64,000 nucleotides of DNA from Acidimicrobiia bacterium (GTDB taxonomy: Bacteria; Actinomycetota; Acidimicrobiia; Spongiisociales; ZC4RG35). Each line of letters opens with the position of its first letter. Position 1 is the stretch's first letter. The position numbers and the translations under genes are program-made. Below, one piece after another: positions 59,234 to 64,000 of this stretch. The stretch spans positions 2,400,001 through 2,464,000 of the forward strand of contig OZ244034.1 in NCBI GenBank assembly GCA_965215185.1. Reading direction: 5' to 3'. The notes beneath the pieces were generated by a model that did not search any database, was not told the origin of the DNA, and saw only the letters and a program-made list of their open reading frames with translations.

Positions 59234-60997
59234 TCACATCCGCTGCGGAACCTCGATTCCCAATAGGTCCAAGAGCATCGCCAATACCTGCCCTGTGTGG
59301 CAAGCCAAGGTGAGCCAGGAGCCGCGCCGATCCGGGTCGGGCTCGCTGAGGATGTGACACTGGTCGTAGAAGCGGGTGAAGTCGGCCGCCACCCGGTAGG
59401 AGTATTCCGTCAGGTGATGAGGGGCGCGTTCGGAAGCCGCCCTGCTGATGGCCTCGGGCAAGAGGGTCAAGGTGATCATCAACTCCCGCTCGGCAGGCGC
59501 CGATGGCGGGGCGAGCGGACCATGCTCCATGTTCTGAGTGGCGGCTCTCGCCAGGACTGACCTGATCCGCACCACTCCATATTGCAGGTAGGGACCGGTC
59601 TTGCCGGAGAAAGAGACGAACCGGTCCGGGTCGAACACATAGTTGGAAACACGATTTGTGGATAAGTCCCCAAACTTGAGGGCAGCCAGCCCTACCGCCT
59701 CGGCTATCGCTTTTCGTTCTGCGACCGGATAGGCCTTGGCGAGATCGTTCTCCTCCAAGCGTAAGCGAGCCGCCTCTGTCACCGTCTCTATCAACTCCTG
59801 CAAGCGGACCACTCCGCCTTCCCGGGTGCGAAACGGTCGACCATCAGGACCGTTCATGGTGCCAAACCCGATGTGTTCCAGACCCACCCCGGACGGGACC
59901 AGTCCGGTGAGCCGCGCCGCCCGGAACACCCCTCGGAAGTGATCAGCCTGTCGGGAGTCCACCACGTAGAGGATTAGGTCGGCCTTCAAATCGTCCACCC
60001 GCATCTCGATGGTGGCCAGGTCGGTGGTGGCATAAAGGACCGCTCCGTCCGATTTGCGCAGGATCAGGGGAGGCAAAGGGGCTCCGTCGGAGGGCGTGGC
60101 GACTTCCACCACAGTGGCTCCTTCGCTCTGCATGACCAGCCCGCTCTTTTCCATTTTCCTGATCATCTCATTGATCCGATCGGCGACGGCGCTCTCTCCG
60201 TACCAAAGATCGAACTCCACTCCCAGCCGGGCAAAGTCGGCCCGCTGACTTTCCATGGAGACCCGCACCATCTGCGCCCACAAAGCGCGATACCCCGCTC
60301 GTCCCTCTTGCAACTCCAAGGTGGCGCGACGGGCCTCCTCCGCCCTCTTCGGGTCGGCTGCACAGGAGGCTGCGATCCGCGGATAAAGCTCAGACAGCTC
60401 GGCCAGGGTCACCGGAGCTGCGGCCGGATAGACCTGAGCCCCCGGCTGGAAATAGGCCAGTTCAGGAAACTTCTCCCGCACTCCAATAATCAGCATCCCC
60501 ATCTGGGTTCCCCAGTCTCCAAAGTGTGGATCGCGCGTCACCCGGTGCCCGATCGCGGTGAAGGTCCGGGCCAAGGAGTCCCCGATAATCGTGGAGCGCA
60601 GATGTCCCACATGCATGGGTTTGGCGACATTCGGACCCCCGTAGTCCACCAAGATGTGCAGGGGAGCATCGGTGCGGGGCACTCCCAGATGTGGATCGCC
60701 GGCCATGCCAGCCACCCACTCGGCCAGGAAGTGGTCGGAGAGTTTCACATTCACAAACCCTGGTCCCGCCAGGGAGACCTCCAGCAGTTCCTCGTGTTGA
60801 CCCGCCAGTTCCGCCACCCGGGCCGCCAATAGGCGAGCGGGTTGTTTGGCTGACCGGGCAGCAGCCAAGGCCCCGTTGCACTGAAAATCCCCAAATTCGG
60901 GACGCTGCGATGGAAAGACCTTGCCGAAATCCCCATCGAGGCCCAATTTTTCGAAAACCGAACCGAAAACTGTTCCCAGGTGGGAAATCAACGACAT
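59234..60997 (-). CDS. argS: Arginine--tRNA ligase
   Basis: GDFQCN, AGPGFVN, PNVAKPMHVGHLRS, GDWGTQMG, YLQY. Confidence 0.96.
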   Translation of the reverse strand: MSLISHLGTVFGSVFEKLGLDGDFGKVFPSQRPEFGDFQCNGALAAARSAKQPARLLAARVAELAGQHEELLEVSLAGPGFVNVKLSDHFLAEWVAGMAGDPHLGVPRTDAPLHILVDYGGPNVAKPMHVGHLRSTIIGDSLARTFTAIGHRVTRDPHFGDWGTQMGMLIIGVREKFPELAYFQPGAQVYPAAAPVTLAELSELYPRIAASCAADPKRAEEARRATLELQEGRAGYRALWAQMVRVSMESQRADFARLGVEFDLWYGESAVADRINEMIRKMEKSGLVMQSEGATVVEVATPSDGAPLPPLILRKSDGAVLYATTDLATIEMRVDDLKADLILYVVDSRQADHFRGVFRAARLTGLVPSGVGLEHIGFGTMNGPDGRPFRTREGGVVRLQELIETVTEAARLRLEENDLAKAYPVAERKAIAEAVGLAALKFGDLSTNRVSNYVFDPDRFVSFSGKTGPYLQYGVVRIRSVLARAATQNMEHGPLAPPSAPAERELMITLTLLPEAISRAASERAPHHLTEYSYRVAADFTRFYDQCHILSEPDPDRRGSWLTLACHTGQVLAMLLDLLGIEVPQRM

Positions 60998-61081
60998 CCA
61001 ACCGTCCCTTCCATCAAGGAAAGAATCCTACAAAGGGCTGGAGTTCCACATAGTTTTGGTGAACTTGCCATCATTGGCGGC

Positions 61082-62584
61082 ATGCAGGTAGCAGATTATC
61101 AACAGCACGACGCGGTTGGTATCGCGGAACTCATCGCCCGTCGGCAGCTGTCGGCGAAGGAGGCTCTGGAAGCGGCCATCTGTCAGGTAGAACGCCTTAA
61201 CCCGGCCCTCAACGCCGTTATCCACACCACTTACGACCGGGCTTTTCAGGCGGCGGAAGCGGAGCTTCCCCGCACTCCGTTGGCGGGAGTTCCCTTTCTA
61301 CTCAAAGACCTCGGCCAGTTCTGGGAGGGGGTACCCACTTCCTCCGGCTCGCGGGCGTTCCTAGGCTTCATTGCCCCCTTCACCTCCACTCTCACCTCTC
61401 GCTATCTAGCCGGGGGTCTGATCATTCTCGGGAAAACCTCTACCCCTGAGTTCGGGATGGCGTCGGTAACCGAGCCTGCTGTGCATGGCGTCACCAATAA
61501 TCCGTGGGATCCGCAGATAACTGCGGGCGGTTCGTCGGGAGGATCCGCCTCAGCAGTGGCGGCAGGAGTAGTGCCAGCAGCCCACGCCAGCGACGGAGGC
61601 GGGTCGATACGCATACCGGGCTCCGCCTGTGGCCTGGTCGGCCTGAAACCCACCAGAGGAAGAAACCCGGTGGGCCCCATTGTTGGTGAGGGGTGGTACG
61701 GCTTGGCCGCCTCTCATGTGGTTTCCCGGACAGTAAGGGACTCGGCGGCTTTTCTGGATCTCAGCCATGGGCCCGAACCGGGGGATCCTTATGCGGCGCC
61801 ACCGCCTCAAAGCACTTACCTGGAAGCCTTGAGCGCCCCACCTCGTCCAATGCGCATCGGCGTGGTGGAGGGGGCGGTGACGGGAGACGTGCCCATAGCT
61901 TCCGAGTGCCGGAAGGCGGTGGACCGAACCGCCTCTCTTCTAGAGGATTTGGGTCATGAAGTCGAGCCGGTCTCGACCGGCATAAGCTCCGGGCCGGGAA
62001 GAAGGGCGATGTTGACCCTGGCGTCGGTGGATACTGCCTGGATGGTCGAGACATTCGGTATCGACCAAACCTTGATAGAGCCTGCTAACCAAGTGGCGAT
62101 ACGGGCTGGGAAGACCATTTCAGCCACTGAGTTCGCCGCCAACCTCTTTTTGGTGCGCAGCTACGGACGGCAATTGGGCCAACTCATGGAAAGTCACGAT
62201 GTGCTGGTTACCTCCACCCTGGCCACCCCGCCATGGCCTCATCTGATTCTCCAACCTGGAGCCAAACAAAACGAGCGGATTTCGGCCCTGCTGGAGGGGG
62301 ACTCCTCCGAGGACCCCTTCGAATTGATGGAGGAGTTGGCGGTCAAGAACATGGATCGGATCCCCAACACCTGGCTGTTCAATATAACCGGGCAGCCGGC
62401 CATGACTCTTCCTCTTCATCAAACAGCGTCCGGGCACCCGGTTGGAGTGCAGTTGGTTGGCCGCTTCGGTAAGGAGGACGATCTGTTCAACCTGGCCGGC
62501 CAACTGGAAGAGGCCCGACCTTGGGGTTTTCCATTCAGCGACCCGCTCCATACTCAGTGGGCCGGAGTATCTCCCTCTGGGTAG
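61082..62584 (+). CDS. Amidase signature family enzyme
   Basis: LKD, GKTSTPE, GGSSGGS, SDGGGSIRIP. Confidence 0.93.
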   Translation: MQVADYQQHDAVGIAELIARRQLSAKEALEAAICQVERLNPALNAVIHTTYDRAFQAAEAELPRTPLAGVPFLLKDLGQFWEGVPTSSGSRAFLGFIAPFTSTLTSRYLAGGLIILGKTSTPEFGMASVTEPAVHGVTNNPWDPQITAGGSSGGSASAVAAGVVPAAHASDGGGSIRIPGSACGLVGLKPTRGRNPVGPIVGEGWYGLAASHVVSRTVRDSAAFLDLSHGPEPGDPYAAPPPQSTYLEALSAPPRPMRIGVVEGAVTGDVPIASECRKAVDRTASLLEDLGHEVEPVSTGISSGPGRRAMLTLASVDTAWMVETFGIDQTLIEPANQVAIRAGKTISATEFAANLFLVRSYGRQLGQLMESHDVLVTSTLATPPWPHLILQPGAKQNERISALLEGDSSEDPFELMEELAVKNMDRIPNTWLFNITGQPAMTLPLHQTASGHPVGVQLVGRFGKEDDLFNLAGQLEEARPWGFPFSDPLHTQWAGVSPSG

Positions 62585-62595
62585 TCTTATAGGTT

Positions 62596-63456
62596 GTGTC
62601 GCAAGTCAACTGGCGAAACTACAGGCCACTGGGGCCGCCCACCGCCTTACTCGCCTACCGGGGCTGGGGAGATGCAGGGGAAGCTTCCAGCCGGGCCGTG
62701 GCGCATGTGCTCTCCGTCTATCCCTCGGTGTTGCTGCAAGAGATAGATGCCGAGGAGTATTTTGATTTCCAGGTGCTCCGCCCGGAGATCCACTTTGAGG
62801 AGGGCGGAGCAACGTCACTCACTTGGCCAAGCACCAAGGTGTACCTGACCACACCGCCCGCCGAAAGCCCGCTCTTGGTGATAACCGGTGATGAGCCGCA
62901 TTCCCGATGGAAGTCGTACTCCCGCCAGGTATTGGATCTGTGCCGGGCCGCGGGCGTGGAGAGGGTGCTGACTCTGGGCGCCTTCATGGGCCAAATCTCT
63001 CATACCTTTCCGGTACCAATGGTGGGTAGGGCCGCATCTGCAGACCAACTCGACCTCCACGGGCTGTTCGGCACGGACTACCAGGGTCCCACTGGAATCG
63101 TGGGAGTGCTGCACCAAGCCTTCACGCAGGAGGGATGGGATGCTGTGACTCTTTGGGCGGCCGTGCCCCATTACTTGTCCACCCAGGATTACCCCCCTGC
63201 CTGTCTGGCGCTGGTTGAGAAGGCTTCTCAAGTCCTCCAGATGGATCTTGATCCCTCCCCCTTGGAGGTGGAGGTGGCCAGATTCCGTGAAAAACTGGAC
63301 GCGGTGATCGCCGAATCCGAAGATCTCGCCGGGTACATCAAGCACTTGGAGGAGGAGGTAGCCAAAGAAGCCGATCTCCACCCCGAAAGCTTGGAGGACG
63401 CCCGGGATCAAATGATCTCTGACATTGAGGACTTTTTGCGCAGCCCCGACAACTAG
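62596..63456 (+). CDS. PAC2 family (proteasome assembly chaperone-like) protein
   Basis: GWGDAGEA, YFDFQVLRP, GDEP..W, YQGPTGI, AVPHY. Confidence 0.9.
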   Translation: MSQVNWRNYRPLGPPTALLAYRGWGDAGEASSRAVAHVLSVYPSVLLQEIDAEEYFDFQVLRPEIHFEEGGATSLTWPSTKVYLTTPPAESPLLVITGDEPHSRWKSYSRQVLDLCRAAGVERVLTLGAFMGQISHTFPVPMVGRAASADQLDLHGLFGTDYQGPTGIVGVLHQAFTQEGWDAVTLWAAVPHYLSTQDYPPACLALVEKASQVLQMDLDPSPLEVEVARFREKLDAVIAESEDLAGYIKHLEEEVAKEADLHPESLEDARDQMISDIEDFLRSPDN

Positions 63457-63607
63457 CGATTCTCACGGCTTCTGGCGCCGGCAGGGGATACGATACCCGA
63501 CGCCTCCCCACGAAGGTTTTGGCAACCGCCGCTTGCAGGCAGCCTGAAGCCAACCGCAGGACCGCCCATCACCCACCTCAGCCAGGTTCCATCCCTCTAC
63601 CGCCCCT

Positions 63608-64000
63608 CTACCGCCGCCCTTGGACGAAGAGCCCGGCGTTATCGGAGCGAAGAGCGGTCTTTTGTACCTTTCCCATGGCATTGCGAGGCAGGCTTTCTGT
63701 TACCAGAATCCTCTTGGGGATCTTGTACCCCGCCAGTTGAGAGGACAGCGAATGACGAAGGCGCGCCGGGGAAGGTTCGCCTTCGCCGCCCCAAACCACA
63801 GTGGCCACCACAGCCTCGCCGAAGTCGGGGTGGGGCGTTCCGAATACCGCCGATTCCACTACCCCCGGCAGAGCATTCAGCGCCGACTCGACCTGCAAGG
63901 GATAAACGTTCAGGCCGCCGGTGATGATCACATCCTTGGATCTGCCCACCAGGGTCACCCGGCCCCGCTCATCAAGAACCGCCAGATCGCCGGTGGCCAC
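63608..64000 (-). CDS. Acyl-CoA synthetase (AMP-binding) C-terminal part
   Basis: TGD, GRSKDVIITGGLNVYP, PHPDFGE, LPRNAMGKVQK. Confidence 0.92.
   Translation of the reverse strand: MATGDLAVLDERGRVTLVGRSKDVIITGGLNVYPLQVESALNALPGVVESAVFGTPHPDFGEAVVATVVWGGEGEPSPARLRHSLSSQLAGYKIPKRILVTESLPRNAMGKVQKTALRSDNAGLFVQGRR

Noticed and set aside
63457-63607. Structured ncRNA between PAC2 and acyl-CoA synthetase
   Set aside because: GC-rich, but no recognisable family motif or convincing long stem.

Overview
GC-rich actinobacterial chromosome segment, probably Acidimicrobiia-like. This assignment is inferred from WhiB, PAC2, Eis-like GNAT, GPP34, SLH/PD40 surface proteins and frequent leaderless starts. 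The window is mostly housekeeping and metabolic genes: glpX, thiolase, mce, murJ, ask-asd, tRNA-Pro, selA-selB, mrp, gdhA, erpA-like, ridA, glcDEF and argS. Accessory content: (i) tandem SLH-domain surface-protein paralogs at the left edge, one disrupted; (ii) an IS607-type tnpA-tnpB element whose TnpB has no zinc finger and a His at RuvC-III; (iii) four tandem alpha/beta-hydrolase paralogs with homogenised ends, divergent caps and mostly leaderless promoters; (iv) a putative purine/N-heterocycle uptake and catabolism cluster (ABC transporter, xanthine dehydrogenase-like, two deaminase paralogs, two PLP enzymes); (v) an M23 peptidase with a perfect 18-bp x12 repeat, followed by decayed gene remnants; (vi) the standout, a 1406-bp element (50222-51627) carrying only tnpB but bounded by perfect 23-bp terminal inverted repeats and a 7/8 target-site duplication. 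That is DDE-transposon (IS1595-like) architecture rather than IS200/IS605 or IS607 architecture.
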